Source: Botryllus schlosseri
Lineage: Eukaryota
NCBI GenBank assembly: GCA_051294905.1
Contig: CM119372.1
Span: forward strand, 34,102,001-34,166,000
Direction: 5' to 3'
DNA length: 64,000 nt
Made by a program: the position numbers and the translations under genes. The notes beneath the pieces were generated by a model. It was not told where the DNA came from, did no database searches, and saw nothing but the letters and a program-made list of their open reading frames with translations. Each line of letters starts with the position of its first letter. The stretch's first letter is position 1. Below are positions 38,439 through 52,028 of the stretch, piece by piece.

Positions 38439-39396
38439 ATGCGAGTCAAACTGATGGTGTTCATCACCATTGCCACCCTTTTGACCAACGGGACATGTTC
38501 GTCCGATACTGAAGAAAGTAACAGATATCGTTCTGACGGTTTGTAAATGATAAGTTCGACATCAACTGAAAACGACAAATTGCAAGTAATTCCAGGTGCA
38601 CATGGTGGTGAAATTACCCCTGTGAAGTGGTCTGCTGCGGCAAAGAATAAACTGCAATCGGAAATATCTTACCGTCATGAAGACCGCATGGCTGGCAGAG
38701 AGACACGGTAAGCAAATATAGGCCCTACCCGAAGCGACATTTCTGCGCAACTCATTTGCAGAATATTTTCGCATAACGTAACTCGAAGGTCTCGAGATCT
38801 TATTCAACAGTTATTCTCCCATTATTTAGTCAGTCGGATACTTAATTTCCTTTTTTCCCTTCATTTTAAGAGCATGGCCTTCTATAAAAGCAGGAACATC
38901 CCCCCTTCATAAAATGTACCGAGTTTTCATTCTCCGGAGAAATACATCTCCAATTATCGGCGATCCCATTGTGGTTAAAATTGAATAGTAGATTCATATT
39001 GAAATACACCCGCATATTTCGACTGACACTCGTCAGGGATACTCGTCAGCAAATAATAGAGAATTGGAAATAACATTGTATAACAGCAATCGCATAACCA
39101 AATCTGACGTCACCAGCATAAAAAGAATAATTGAGGCGAAGAGATCGCTTAACGACAATGTAATATTTACATGGTAGCGTACTCGAACTTCTTCTATTGG
39201 CACAAACTAGGTTGGTATATTTTGATACAAATGGGTAAAATTAGCTCCACAGATGATACTCTGAAATTATGCGGAAAATGTAATTCGATTTATGCCACAC
39301 CCTCATTTTGTCATCACAACTAGAATGGTTATGAAGTTCCTATATTTATTTTCTTCTACTTGCAGCTATCATCCCGATGTACCCGGATGGCCTTAG
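38439..39396 (+). CDS. Gene B, copy 2
   Basis: Same structure as copy 1. Confidence 0.5.
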
Positions 39397-41957
39397 TTAA
39401 CCTATGACGAAGCGACAAAGGATTAAAAAAATAGCGATTGTTCCAAGTCCAACGATAATATTTGATGTAATTTTGATGCTACACATGGAACAAAGTATAT
39501 TGTCGCAAATTTGACTGGCTATTTCGGTTATCCGGGGCGTCGCAGGTTAATTGCGGGAATAAGGTGACTCTCACGTCCTTCGTGTCCAGAGATTCAATGA
39601 TGGTTTACCTATAGCATAGTGACGTGCGTTCGAAGGACGTCTCACCTGTTGTCATGACCGCAAAAGAAAATTGTGAAAACTTTCAATGAGGGATTGGTAT
39701 TATTCTACCGATGTTAATGAATGACTAATCCTGAACATGTTTACACGCAAGATGATGCGATTTACATATTTATTGTTCACAAATACTGAGAGAAGAGAGA
39801 CGTGGTGCACAGACGAAACAAGCCTAATCTGTGTTTGCGCAAATACTCGTCAAGAGCGCTGAATTTATAATTCATTGTTTTAATCAAATGCCATTATTAC
39901 ACTGATTTCGAAGATCAAGTAATATTAATTACCAATCGCCAAAACAGCAGGACCCCCTTGTAATTTCCATGAAGTTTGGAATTTTTTTTTCTTGCGTTCA
40001 ATGACTACGCAGTGACTCAATAAAACTTGAGATAGAAATTTATACACCTTGCCAATTGTTCGTTATCAATCCAACAAGCGCAGAACATTGAAACAATGCG
40101 CTATCGGTTATCGACAGAGATAGTCAAAGCAGTCAAGAATTCAGTGCATGTATTCAAACATTCTCAAGGAATTTCGAAAGGTAATCATAAATACTATCTC
40201 ATGGGCTGTCACAGGCCGCAAATTGACCTATGAGAACTGTGCAGAGAACTGGATTCGTGTTGCTACATCCTAAGATGTCTAAATCTTCAATGGCATAAAA
40301 ATTCGACACCATCATCTGAAGTAAGTTTTGTTATATATGACAACGGCTCTTAACCTTTTTTTTAGCTCATCTCCCTTTCCAGAAATGTAATATTAAGGTT
40401 CCGTCCACCGTAATACAATCCCCGTGACGATGAAGCTGAAATGGGGCATATCGTAAAGATATAGGCCTATTTACGACAGGGGTGTCAAACAAACGGCCCG
40501 CGGGCCGCCAGACGATTTCATCCGGCCCACGAAGCAATTCTGATTAGATTGAAAACTGCTTATGTTTTCCAGCACATTTTTAACTAATGTTGAGATCTTA
40601 TTTAAGGAAATACTTCCATTTAAATAATCTCAAAAGGCAGCGAATGCCGACAATGGTAATTGTTCAAGGTTACATTTTAACCACCCCGACTGCAGGTTTG
40701 TGGTTTCACTCTAGACTTACCACTTGGAACAATTCGGTGACTTTGATACTCGATTTCGAGAAGGCAAAAACGAGCAGACTGACATCAGACTTTTATGGAA
40801 AAACGGACCGAAATGCAGTTATTCGCAGAAGCGAAATCGCCAATGCGGAATCGTTTTTTTGCAGTTTACATGGATAATATATTACTTATATACAAAAATA
40901 CATTTTAGATATCCGTGTCGTTACTGCTATGTTACTTCTGACTCAAAATGTTCCCTGACTCCAGATAAACCAGAATCGCGATTTAGAAAAATGAAACAAA
41001 TTCGAACGTCCGCGTTTGCGGTTAAATCTCTTGTGGTCCTCACAATGCATGGGCAGGGCTAACACCTGAAAGAATAGGGAGCATAGAAATATACCATCTT
41101 ATATTGTAATTAGCGCCACTATTTTAGCCATTCATAACTGTATTCAGCCGGCTAGTCATCGGATTTTGGTCAATTTCATAATTCGCGAATATAGGTGTTG
41201 CTACTTGCTACAGTAAAAATAACCTGTGATCCATGACATAGTAAAAAAAAAACTGTGATTCATGACACAATGTGATATAGGCTACTATTATCTTTATCAA
41301 ATATTGAAGTATTCGAGTGAAAAGCAATGACATGAGGTAACAATTTTTGAATCAGTTGATTGGTCCGGCCGGCAAGCGATTTGAAGGTTTGAATCCGGCC
41401 CGCGACGCAATTTGAGTTTGCCACACCTGATTTACGATATATAAATATATGAAAATTTATCCTTAGAAATAGGAGCATTCAAACAGCAAATTTCAGTTGA
41501 TAATATGACAGCAAAAATTATCTAAAATCCCATTCAAGTGCTGTAGGAGTAGGCTACATCAAATTATAGCAATGACGATAATGACTTCTTAAAACATTGC
41601 AAAAAATTGATATGCATCCGGTACAGCACATCAAACCTTCTCTATTCATTAGATCAACAAACAGAACTTAAATTTTATTGACCTCAAAAAAGTGATGGTT
41701 AAAACTACGAAGCAAAATGTCGATTGTAGATGCAAGGGATCAAATGGGTTTGGTGATAGAAACTTTTAAGTAATAATAGGGCTAATACCAGCAAGCATAT
41801 ATTGCCTTCGATAAAACTGATTCCTAATCTTCAGTACTTCTGGAGTCATTATGTGCGTGCAACTATAATATGTCCATTCCATACCCATTTCCTCGGCACA
41901 TTGTACAAATGGCGTCATTTCTGGCAGATAGTGGGTGCGGCGGGATATTTGCAGGGC

Positions 41958-44900
41958 CAGAGATGGAAGTCGGGCCGGGCTTTTCGGGTTCGGGCCGGGT
42001 TCGGGCCGGGCTCGGGCCGGGTTCGGGCCCAAACTTATAAAAATTATCGGGATTGAATCGGGCCGAATAGTCACTACGAAAAGCATTGACTTCATTTACA
42101 AATTTGATTTGCAATTTTGTTCGAAAGTGGCACAACTACATATAAGACACACCAATACCATATCACGTAAGTATGGCAATATCTGTGAATAAATTTTATA
42201 CGCAGTACGAACCCAGATAAACTTCATTATAAGACGGCCCGAAGACTATGATTGAATAATGAAACAATGTCAGCTAAATAGTAAACAAGTGTCCCAAATA
42301 CGCCAGACATTGATCATTGTTCAGGCCACATTGTGACGAAAACATGACTTACGGATGGATGGATTACCATGCTGGAGCCTGGATTACTACCAATTTAGTT
42401 ATAATTTCGATGTGGCATGCTGAACTGAACAGCTAGAAGCAAGTGATGAGACGACGGCTTCCGTTGTGGCACAGCAGAATTGATCGATAGATGTGTTACG
42501 GCGGTGTTAATATTTATTAAAGAAAGCTTTTAGATGCGCCATAGTGATTTTGTCGTCCATGGTGAATTGCTTTAGGTCTATACGGAAACTAACTTATATT
42601 GTATTAGGCTATGTGACAGCGGTAGTATTGTTATATAGTAGGCTACACTAACAGTAAATAATGCAGACGACACATGAATTATCAAAAGAATTGCAAAGAC
42701 ATCCAGAACGATTTACGTTTTCTCCTGCTCCAGGTCGATCAGAGTTTTGGAGGACAATGAAAGTCGTAGCACGGCGTTGTCAGCTTACTAATGCTGTAAT
42801 TGGTGTCACACCGGAAATTTTGACCGGAATAGTTTCATGCGGTGTTTGCAAACTAGTATTAAAATACGATTGCCAAAAAACAGGGTCGTCCCATATCAAG
42901 CGCCATTCCGAACATTGCAAGCCTGGGTCTCATGGGAAAAAGAAGCAGCAGCTAATGTTACAGTTTGCAAATAAAACGCTTAGACTAAGCGAATCTGAAA
43001 AGCTGGACATAAAAACTGCTGAATTGGAGTTTTGCGTTCGTGGCTATCATGCCTTTCAATCAGTTGAAAATGACGGCCTGATCAAGCTATTACAGCAATT
43101 TGTGAACATGTCCGCGACGCATGGACGTTTTAATGTATCAGACGTGATATATGGACGTAAAACTATATCGTTATATTGCAAGGAAAAAGCTGCAGTAATA
43201 AGGGAAAGGACAACAGAGGTTTTAGTTGAACCACAGTTAGCCGAAGCCGTCGCAGTAACGTTGGACTTGTGGACGGACGAATACAAGCATACGTCATACC
43301 TAGACGTACACGTCTTCTGGATTGATAAGTCCTATGAACTGAAACATCAAGTTTTGGCGGTACGTCATTTTGGGACTGAACGTCACACTGCTGAAAATAT
43401 TTCACGGGTTATACAGACTATATTGGCTGAATATGCTATTGATGCTTCAAACATTACGGCAACTACCGACCACGGTGCAAATGTTGTCGCTGCCTTTCGA
43501 GTAGGAATGTTGGAAACGTCCGCACGCCTTGACTGTATGGCACATAGGCTACACACTTGCTTCTCAACCATGTGGTCACGGGTATGCACTTCACAGTCAG
43601 AATTGCTCGATTACGATAACAATGCATCTTCTCTGGTAAAGTATTGTAATCAAGCCTCCGGTGTGCAGGAACAACTGCCCGTGTCGTTGAAAAAAGGCTC
43701 GTCAACTCGGAGATGGCAAGGCTATATTGATAGAGCATATTCCATCAACGAAAGTTATGAAGCTTTGGTGCGCATTCTTTCAGAACCACACAGAGACCGC
43801 ATGCAGCTCATAGCATCTGTTAATCGAAGAATGAACGCGGAAATTTTACAATTCATGAAACCATTCGGCGATATATTTGATGTTATGCAATTTAATTCCA
43901 AACCAACGATAGGCTACGCCGTGCTAGCGTATTATAAGGCGTTTGAACTTGCAAAACCTTGCCAGAATGACCATCCCGTTATCAAGGCCATGAAGACAGA
44001 ACTTAGACAACTTTTGGACACAGTATATTTTAAATCTTCGCTGAAGGCCCATCACTGGCTAGCTACCTTTCTCGATCCAAATTTCAAACGATTTGAATTT
44101 CTGCCACTTATTAGTAATGAAGAGGTCTCATTCAAGATAAGATTGCTCTCGGACATTGATAAATGGGTAATTGAACACATGGAAAAGGTTGCCGACAATA
44201 GCCCAGGAAATCAAGACTATGTTCGATCAGAAGCAAGAGAAATGCGACCAATCGAACTTGATGATCCATTCTCCCAATTTCGCGACGGTCTTGACAGACA
44301 TTCTGCTCCAAGCTTCGCTTCGTCTGACAGTATCAAGCGAAACTTACTTCAGGAACTTCAACGGTACAAGGAATACCAAAATGCATCATCGCACCCCAAT
44401 CCGCTGAACTTCTGGAGAAACCATGAACGGGACTTTCCAACGCTCTCCTGGGTGGCTAGAAAGATGTTTGCAGCCCAGTGCTCAAGTGCGCAATCCGAAA
44501 GAGATTTTTCTTCGTGCGGTCTGACCTTGTCGCAGAGACGAACCCGACTGTCTCCAGTAACTGTTGAGGCTATTGAAATAATCAATTCTTCGTATAACGT
44601 GTGAATGCAACGCCCTTTGTATGGATGACATTTGACTTGTATTTTGAACAGACTATTTTTTCTCATCTTGGCCAATTTCATTCCTTTATTTCTTTAATTT
44701 AGTTTAATATTGAACCATTTAATACAGTTCACATTTTGCAAAAAGCATGGTGGAACTAAGTTAACAGTGGGGCTGTTTTCAGCGTATTCTCATTCAGATA
44801 TATTAAGTTCTCTTGCCATGTGCAAGATTGCTATCAAAAGAAAACAAAGTGAGAGCATTGAAAGCGTTGAAAAGCTCGAAATTTGAATCGTATATCAGCT

Positions 44901-45055
44901 TATTTGCTCGCAACAGTTGAAAATTGCTATTTGAACTTGGTTTCGGGCCGAAACGGGCTGAAAACTCGACCGAGGGGTTCAGGCCGGGTTCGGGCTGAAC
45001 TTGTCGGGTTCGGGCCGGGTTCGGGTCCGGCTCACCCGGCCCGCTTCCATCTCTG
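41958..45055 (+). mobile_element. Apparently autonomous hAT DNA transposon (Ac family, Hermes/hobo-like), 3098 bp
   Basis: Perfect 12-bp TIR CAGAGATGGAAG / CTTCCATCTCTG, extending as (T)CGGGCCGGG. 8-bp TSD TGCAGGGC at 41950-41957 and 45056-45063. TTCGGGCCGGG-type subterminal repeats at both ends. Copy 1 has a single TGCAGGGC (empty site, ~20234-20241). Confidence 0.97.
42661..44604 (+). CDS. hAT transposase (BED zinc finger, DDE catalytic core, C-terminal hATC domain), 647 aa, intronless
   Basis: CGVC...HIKRHSEHC BED finger; TLDLWTD and TTDHGANV (two catalytic Asp); CMAH (CxxH); TRRW; FLDP; PLNFW...FPTL; SSAQSERDFS (catalytic Glu). Motif order matches Hermes-type transposases. Confidence 0.96.
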   Translation: MQTTHELSKELQRHPERFTFSPAPGRSEFWRTMKVVARRCQLTNAVIGVTPEILTGIVSCGVCKLVLKYDCQKTGSSHIKRHSEHCKPGSHGKKKQQLMLQFANKTLRLSESEKLDIKTAELEFCVRGYHAFQSVENDGLIKLLQQFVNMSATHGRFNVSDVIYGRKTISLYCKEKAAVIRERTTEVLVEPQLAEAVAVTLDLWTDEYKHTSYLDVHVFWIDKSYELKHQVLAVRHFGTERHTAENISRVIQTILAEYAIDASNITATTDHGANVVAAFRVGMLETSARLDCMAHRLHTCFSTMWSRVCTSQSELLDYDNNASSLVKYCNQASGVQEQLPVSLKKGSSTRRWQGYIDRAYSINESYEALVRILSEPHRDRMQLIASVNRRMNAEILQFMKPFGDIFDVMQFNSKPTIGYAVLAYYKAFELAKPCQNDHPVIKAMKTELRQLLDTVYFKSSLKAHHWLATFLDPNFKRFEFLPLISNEEVSFKIRLLSDIDKWVIEHMEKVADNSPGNQDYVRSEAREMRPIELDDPFSQFRDGLDRHSAPSFASSDSIKRNLLQELQRYKEYQNASSHPNPLNFWRNHERDFPTLSWVARKMFAAQCSSAQSERDFSSCGLTLSQRRTRLSPVTVEAIEIINSSYNV

Positions 45056-47592
45056 TGCAGGGCATGCTGTCAGTCAGGATTTCACACATTCAGTTTGTAA
45101 GATCAATCCATCTCAGCTTACTTAATGCCTACATCACACTGTTAATTTAAGATCCATAATCGCTCTTGATCCTGCTCTGATATCATTGTGAAGCACGCCA
45201 TTTAAAGCTTTGTGATACAGCTCAACTTATTTGCGATGAATGCTGCAAAATGTTCGCATGATAGAAAGGATATAAAGGGACGCAAACGCCCAGTGAACTT
45301 CTTTACATTATGTACTGCAGCAGACTAAGCTGACCAAGCCTATGATTAATCGATGAAATTGCACTGAGAAACTATATAACCTCGGAAATAAAATCATCGT
45401 CATGGAGTTAGGTCAGCTGCTGCAAATAACTGAACATGGCTCGTGTACCGATCAATGTTCCCTCTAAGCTGCGCACGTTCGCAATTTCGGACTGCCGACA
45501 CGGTCTCTGCGCACATAAAATTTAAGCTGCGCACAAAAATTCCGAAATGATGACCTTTTTCTAGTCGTTATGCACTGTTTTCTAAGGGACCGCGCAGTGA
45601 GTTAGTGAGTGCGCGCAGACTCGTGAAAAATTAGAGGGAACATCGGTACCGATGCAGATTCTATTAGAGGGCGCACTGGGTATATTTTCCCTCACTTGTC
45701 TTGAGATTCGCAGGCCTGTGTTGTGTTTAGCTTTACATAACGAGTCCAATTTCCGTTTTGTAGTCGGATAAGTGGTTCATAAAGTGGTCGCCAGCGTCCG
45801 GCTGGGTGACGTTTACGACCTCGAATGGGGTTGATAGCTACAATTTGGGCGGTCGGGGGCGCTGAGAGTAAACGTAGGCTGTTTGACCTATGAGTAACTG
45901 TTTGGGTGAGTCCTTGAATTAGAGCTCTCTCTGTGCGCCAATGTAAGATTTATGAATTTATGATCACGTCGTTCACGGTCGTACAAGGTGGATTCAATCG
46001 AAAATCGTCACGCACGCTCTCCGCATATGTTCATTGTGAAGGAGGATTGAGTGTTCTAACTGACCAAACAATCAATCAAACAACGAATAGACTAATTATT
46101 CAGTGACACTTATTGTACGATTGTTTTCACTGACTGTGTCTGTCCGGAAATTCGTACAAAAAGGGACAGATCAACGCGAAAAATCTATGCGACAATGCAG
46201 TGACTGTGCAATGAGCCAAATACCTTTTTTTTTTTGGGGGGGGGGGGGGGGGAGCAGGAAGGGGCTAGGGACTGTTCGATACCTGGTTTGCTGTGGAGGT
46301 GGTCGATGTGCAGAAAAAGTTTGGCAAACACTGCTCTAGTATAACGGGCTGATTACCAACGTCCAAAACAGGCAGGCAGGTTTTCCCAAGCATATAATTG
46401 CAATAATATTGCACGTGCCTAGCCCAAGGAACTGAACGAGATCATTCCGACGGTGTCTAGATGCGCATAACTTGCTGGCGGCTGGAATAAAACGACTCTT
46501 ATATTTCTAGTCTAGGAGCAATGGTTCCCAACCGCCTGTCCGTGGCAGCTTCCTGCCGGTCCGCCAAATGAACAATAATATTATATACCAGTTCCAAAAC
46601 GCGAGAAGTTGTGCATTATTAAAGAAGTACGACTTCAAATTTTAAATTGATTCAGGGTATTTCTGCATAGTGTCGTAATAGGGAGCTCATTGTCTACTTT
46701 GGTCGTACGTCACAATCAGGACCATAACCGCCGCACCCCAAACCCCCCAACAAATATCGCCTACATGTAGCGCGGAAAACGTATGTCACGGCGGGGGTAG
46801 GGGGTGTGGAGGGCCTAAGACCAACATTTTGGGGGTGGCTGACGAAGTGCTGTTTCAGCGCTGGTCATAATGATACAAGTGTTGTGCGAAACTGTTTGAA
46901 AGTAGCCTACTACTTCGAACAAGTTACGGAGATTTTTTAACAAACTTCGTTAATTTCCGACAGCGCAATCAAGCGACACTTCGCAGTATAATAAAATCTA
47001 TAGGAGGGGTGGACAGACCTGCTTCATGTGCGAACCTCATAAAAAAATCTTAATTTTAAGAAAGCCACAACCACAACAAAAAAAATTCAAAAATACGAAT
47101 TCATTTCGTCATACAGAAATGTGGGGTATCGAATGAAGTTTACTATAGTGTGATGATATGGTGCGTCTCCATCTGGGCTGCAAGGTGTTTGAAATCAGGC
47201 TGATATGATGTTGAATCAGTGCGGAGCAATTCCTTCAAGTTATAATAAGCATTTAAGGTAGATTTCAGCTCGGTAATCACAGTACTTCGTAAATCCGTCT
47301 TCGTTTCAAGTTAGGCTACTAGTTTTGTAATTCTCAGGCGGATTTTGATAGATAAGACACATTGGCTTATACCTTCATTATCACTGAATGCAAACTCTTC
47401 CTCTCATTCTGTTTTGCAAGGTTTATATTCCTGTTCATACTTTCTTTTATTTTTGCAATTATCGCTCAACGACATTTTCTTGGTCAAACTCTGCAGTTAT
47501 TGCTACCCTTTACAATGAAAATAGAAGATCCGTATTCACCATCTTTAGCCCAGAAATGATGTGAACTGCGCTGCCGTGGTTAACCGTTGAAC

Positions 47593-50565
47593 CATAGTGT
47601 CCTATATGGTGTCGACACAAGCAAATCGCACGGTTCAATGAAATTGTATCACGTCACAGTTTCCATTTGGCTACAGGCAATTTGACGGTGATTTTTGCCC
47701 GACTTGCCGAGCATTAAATTTGATGAAGCGGGTATCAATCGAAAGCTGACGCTGTACTGCTTGCGAAAATATAAATTTCATTCCACTCATGGCCCTGGAA
47801 CCCCCACAATCTGCCCCAAATTATTCATTGTCTAGTAGATTGGCAGTGTGACGCAACAATGATGTCTGGCGAAACGAGAGACTAGCTCAAGAGCAAGGAT
47901 GCGGCCGAGCGGCGAGAGTGGGATCAGCTGACGTCGCGGCAATAGCAATGTGCAACCGCGCCACAGAGAAACGCTGCGCTGTTGATACTTTTTCTATGCG
48001 TTCCGGTACAAGCGAGCACACACCAGCCTTTCCTTGACTTGTAAGGGTAGAACTGGGTCCACGGAATGTATTAGGGCCCTACCAATTTTCGCGCAATATC
48101 CTTCAGCTGATAGAGATATGTAGTCTACATTGGATATGTCAGATTATTATGATATCGATTGCCTTAGCCCGCTTGTTGCGTAAGGCTCCAGAGCAGACTT
48201 GGACAACTAGATAATTCTAGTTGTCTAATTTCACTAAATTAGAGCGAAATGCCAGTAATCTAATTCTAATCTAATTTGTGAAATGTTTCCATGCTCTAAT
48301 TCTAATTCTAATCTAATTTGTGAAATGTTCTTATGCTCTAATTCTAATTCTAATCTAATTTGTGAAATGTCCCTATTCTCTAATTCTAGTTCTAATCTAA
48401 TTATTGTTTTAATGAAAATGCCTCTTTGTCCGAGGCATATTGCACTATTGCGCAGGGAAATCCAGTGCCAAGCCGCCATCGCCTTACTTACACCGTGCAG
48501 TCATAGTAGATATTATGACGAATAATAGCCTGCTAGAGTAGCTTGTAGTCTGCGAACAAAATTCTAGTTTTTAAAACTTTACGTTAGTACATCGCCGTTC
48601 TGACTAACATGGGCGATGTCCATGGTTATTATGAAGAAGTAATATTGTATTGGTGTACAGAAGTTAATGGGAATGCACTGATGTTGTTGTTGTTGTTTAT
48701 TGAACAAAAATATGTGGCGCTTATCGCGTGACGGCCTTTTGCACCACGCACTGTGATTTGATATGAACTGGATTTTGCTGTGTTCATTTCCCATATACAA
48801 TTTCATTCAATTTCCAATTTTTTGCGAACTAAGTAGCTCTAATTCTAATTCTAATCTAATTTGGAAAAAACTTAGTAGCTCTAATTCTAATTCTAATCTA
48901 ATTTGGAAAAAGCTGTGGAGCTCTAATTCTAATTCTAATCTAATTTGGAAAAACTGTGTAACTCTAATTCTAATTCTAGTCTAATTTGAAAAAAACTATG
49001 GAGCTCTAATTCTAATTCTAATCTAATTCAGAAAAGCTGAAAATTTTCTAGTTGTCCAAGTCTGCTCCAGAGATGCGTGGCGCTGTTGATACTTTTTCTA
49101 CGCGCTTCGCTAAAAGCGAGCACACACCAGCCTTTCCTTGACTTGTAATGGTGAACTGGGTCCACAGAATGTATTTGGTCCCTACCAATTTTCGCGCAAT
49201 CCTTCAGCTGTTAGAGATATTTCTAGTAAGAAAAATATACTTTCAAGTAATAAGATTCACTCAAGACAGCAAATTTAGATAATGTAAATATATCATATTG
49301 TAGTAATACAACTACAGTGTTGAGTTTTCACTCTAGTCCCCATAAGCACCACGTCGGTGACCTTGCCAAATTCCGAGAAGGCGAAAAAGTGCAAACTCTG
49401 TTGGGCCGAATGGACAATGGACATTCAGTTATTCACAGATGCGAAAAAAATACTGTAAATCCGTTTTAGGTAAGTTACATTAGGAATATATATACAGACT
49501 ACAGAATGAGTATAATTCAAATATCTGTGATACCACTGTATTACTTTTGACGCAAAATATCCCCGGCATTCAAAAAAACTATTTGGTGATTGAAAAATGC
49601 TAAACCAAATTCCAACGTCAACGTTTATAGTGATATCAGATATATTCCAATGAAAAACAAAGGTATGAATTTGGTGCTAACATTTTGGAATCATTTGGCA
49701 GGTATGACCCGCAAGCTTTCTAGTAACAGATTGAATCCGGACAGCGATTCCAGTTTAATTCGACACTCCTGCTGTTAAACTTTATTCAACAATCAACATT
49801 TTACCTGCTGCATTCGCGGACCAAGTCCTACCCATACGGATCAAATAAAAGCTTGTAATGTATGCTCATGCTCAATGCTCCTTGCTCACACTTAACCATA
49901 AAAGCGACTATAGAAAGTATCTACACCCGCCATCAACAGCGCGACGTGTCTCTGGAGCCCTACGCAACAAGCGGGCTAAGGCAACCGATATCATAATAAT
50001 CTGACATATCCAATGTAGATTACTTAGACGTAGCCTACATATCTTTATCAGCTGAAGGATATTGCGCGAAAATTGGTAGGGCCCTAATACATTCTGTGGA
50101 CCCAGTTCTACCCTTACAAGTCAAGGAAAGGCTGGTGTGTGCTCGCTTGTACCGAAACGCATAGAAAAAGTATCAAAAGCGCAGCGTTTCTTTGTGGCGC
50201 GTTTGCACATCGCTATTGCCGCGACGTCAGCTGATCCCACTCTCGCCGCTCGGCCGCATCCTTGCTCTTGAGCTAGTCTCTCGTTTCGCCAGACCGCATT
50301 GTTGCGTCACACTGCCAATCTACTCGACAATGAATAATTGGGGGCTGATGGTGGGGGTTCCAGGGCCGCGAGCGGAATAAAATTTATATTTTCGTAATCA
50401 GTGCAGAGTCAGCTTTCGATTGATATCCGATTCATCAAATTTAATGCTCGGCAAGCCGGTCAAAAATCACCGTCAAATTGCCTGTAGCCAAATGGAAACT
50501 GTGACGTGATACAATTTCATTGAACCGTGCGATTTGCTTGTGTCGACACCATATAGGACACTATG
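47593..50565. mobile_element. P/Galileo-like foldback element, copy 3 (with nested MITE)
   Basis: Same termini and GTTGAAC flanks as 1049-4021. Confidence 0.8.
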
Positions 50566-52028
50566 GTTGAACACAATGATTTATCATTGATTCATGAACA
50601 TGACCACGACCATGCACCATTGGTGCGGGTGAAACGTTCATGTGGAGTCGATTTGAGCGTTCAATTGCAACTTTCTAACCCTGTATAGTCCCACCGTTCT
50701 CTCAATTTTACATGTGTTACATAAACTATAAGGAAAGACGACACGAAAACCCTACAGATATCGTTAATACGTGATAGAATGCATAAATTTGATAATCAGG
50801 TTAAATCTCTCTAACAAAATGGCGAAACGCATGAGCATGTACATTGTATACATTGTACAATCAATGAAGAGACGTAATCGAAGCCTAACATCCGCAAGCG
50901 TCTGGTGAGCCGCAGTTTGCCCATCCCTGAGCTATAGCAATCATTAAAGTCGCATTTCTTTTAAAGGATACTGGACATTTACAATCAAGTTTGTGCTGTT
51001 CAACTTAGGGATACCATATGTCCTTAGCCGGACTTCGCGAGCTTCGTTAGCAGAAACTTCTATAGAATGATGTATGCCTTATAAATATCTGATTTTAAAG
51101 GGCAGCGTTAAATAAAGTTTTAAATATTACATTTGAGTTGCGTGCATTTGTTGTAATTAGATTTAGAGTTTGGGGCCCTAGGGGACGCGTAACACGGTTT
51201 GGAAAACCTTGTTCAACACCATTGTCTTTAGTACAACATTAAAATAACGGGGCGCCCAAACAAGAATAGTCCTAGGGCAGTGGTTCCCAAGTGAGGGGGG
51301 GGGGGAATTCCCCCCTTGGGGGAATTTTGAAATTTTTAGGGGGGAATCTGGTTTAAATTTCTTAGGGGAAATCTGGCTATGGCATTGTATTGGAAGATGC
51401 ACTGGGTTCGCAAGGTTTTCAGAATTTTATGGTGTAGAACTGTTAAGTAGAAATTAGTTCTTTGCAATTGTATGTTTCTTTGGCGGATTTCAAGCTAGGT
51501 GTAAATTTAAAAGCCTTCCGTAGATATTACACCCCCTGATAAAGTCGAGGCTCACGAGGCGATTTCGTTGTGTCAGCGACAGCCTCTCGACCAAATTGTT
51601 ACTAGGCAGGAAAACGTCGAGCCGAATTCAGCACAAGGCCGCTAGTGAAATTGTTTAACTTTTTAAACCAACATATGAGCTAACGGGAAAAACATACCGT
51701 ACCAAATTCATCGATTCAACTCAAGTCCATAGCAAGCGGACTTGTTGATTTATTTTTCGTCAGCGGCTACCCGACCGGGCACACACAGGTCAAATTTGAC
51801 TGTACTGACTGACTGTGGGTAGGGGGGGGGGGGGGGGTGCATGTAAAAGAGTATACGACACACTGATCATGTTTGTGTTCTGCTTTGCAAATCAGTTCGA
51901 TTGATACTCTATTCTAATCGAAAGTAGCGGAAACGTTGATCACTAGTTGGGCCAGTTGTAGATGTACTAATGTTCTCGTTCATAATAGATAAAACCCAAT
52001 TTTCTTGGTGACTCGTATTGCGGAAACG

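Larger units (their letters stand above)
21718..46543 (+). repeat. Tandem repeat unit, copy 2 (includes a 3.1 kb hAT insertion)
   Basis: Collinear with copy 1 apart from SNPs, homopolymer length changes and the insertion at 41958-45055. Confidence 0.98.

Noticed and set aside
41766..45125. Short ORFs overlapping the hAT ends or antisense to the transposase
   Set aside because: Products of GC-rich subterminal repeats or antisense shadows with no recognisable motifs.
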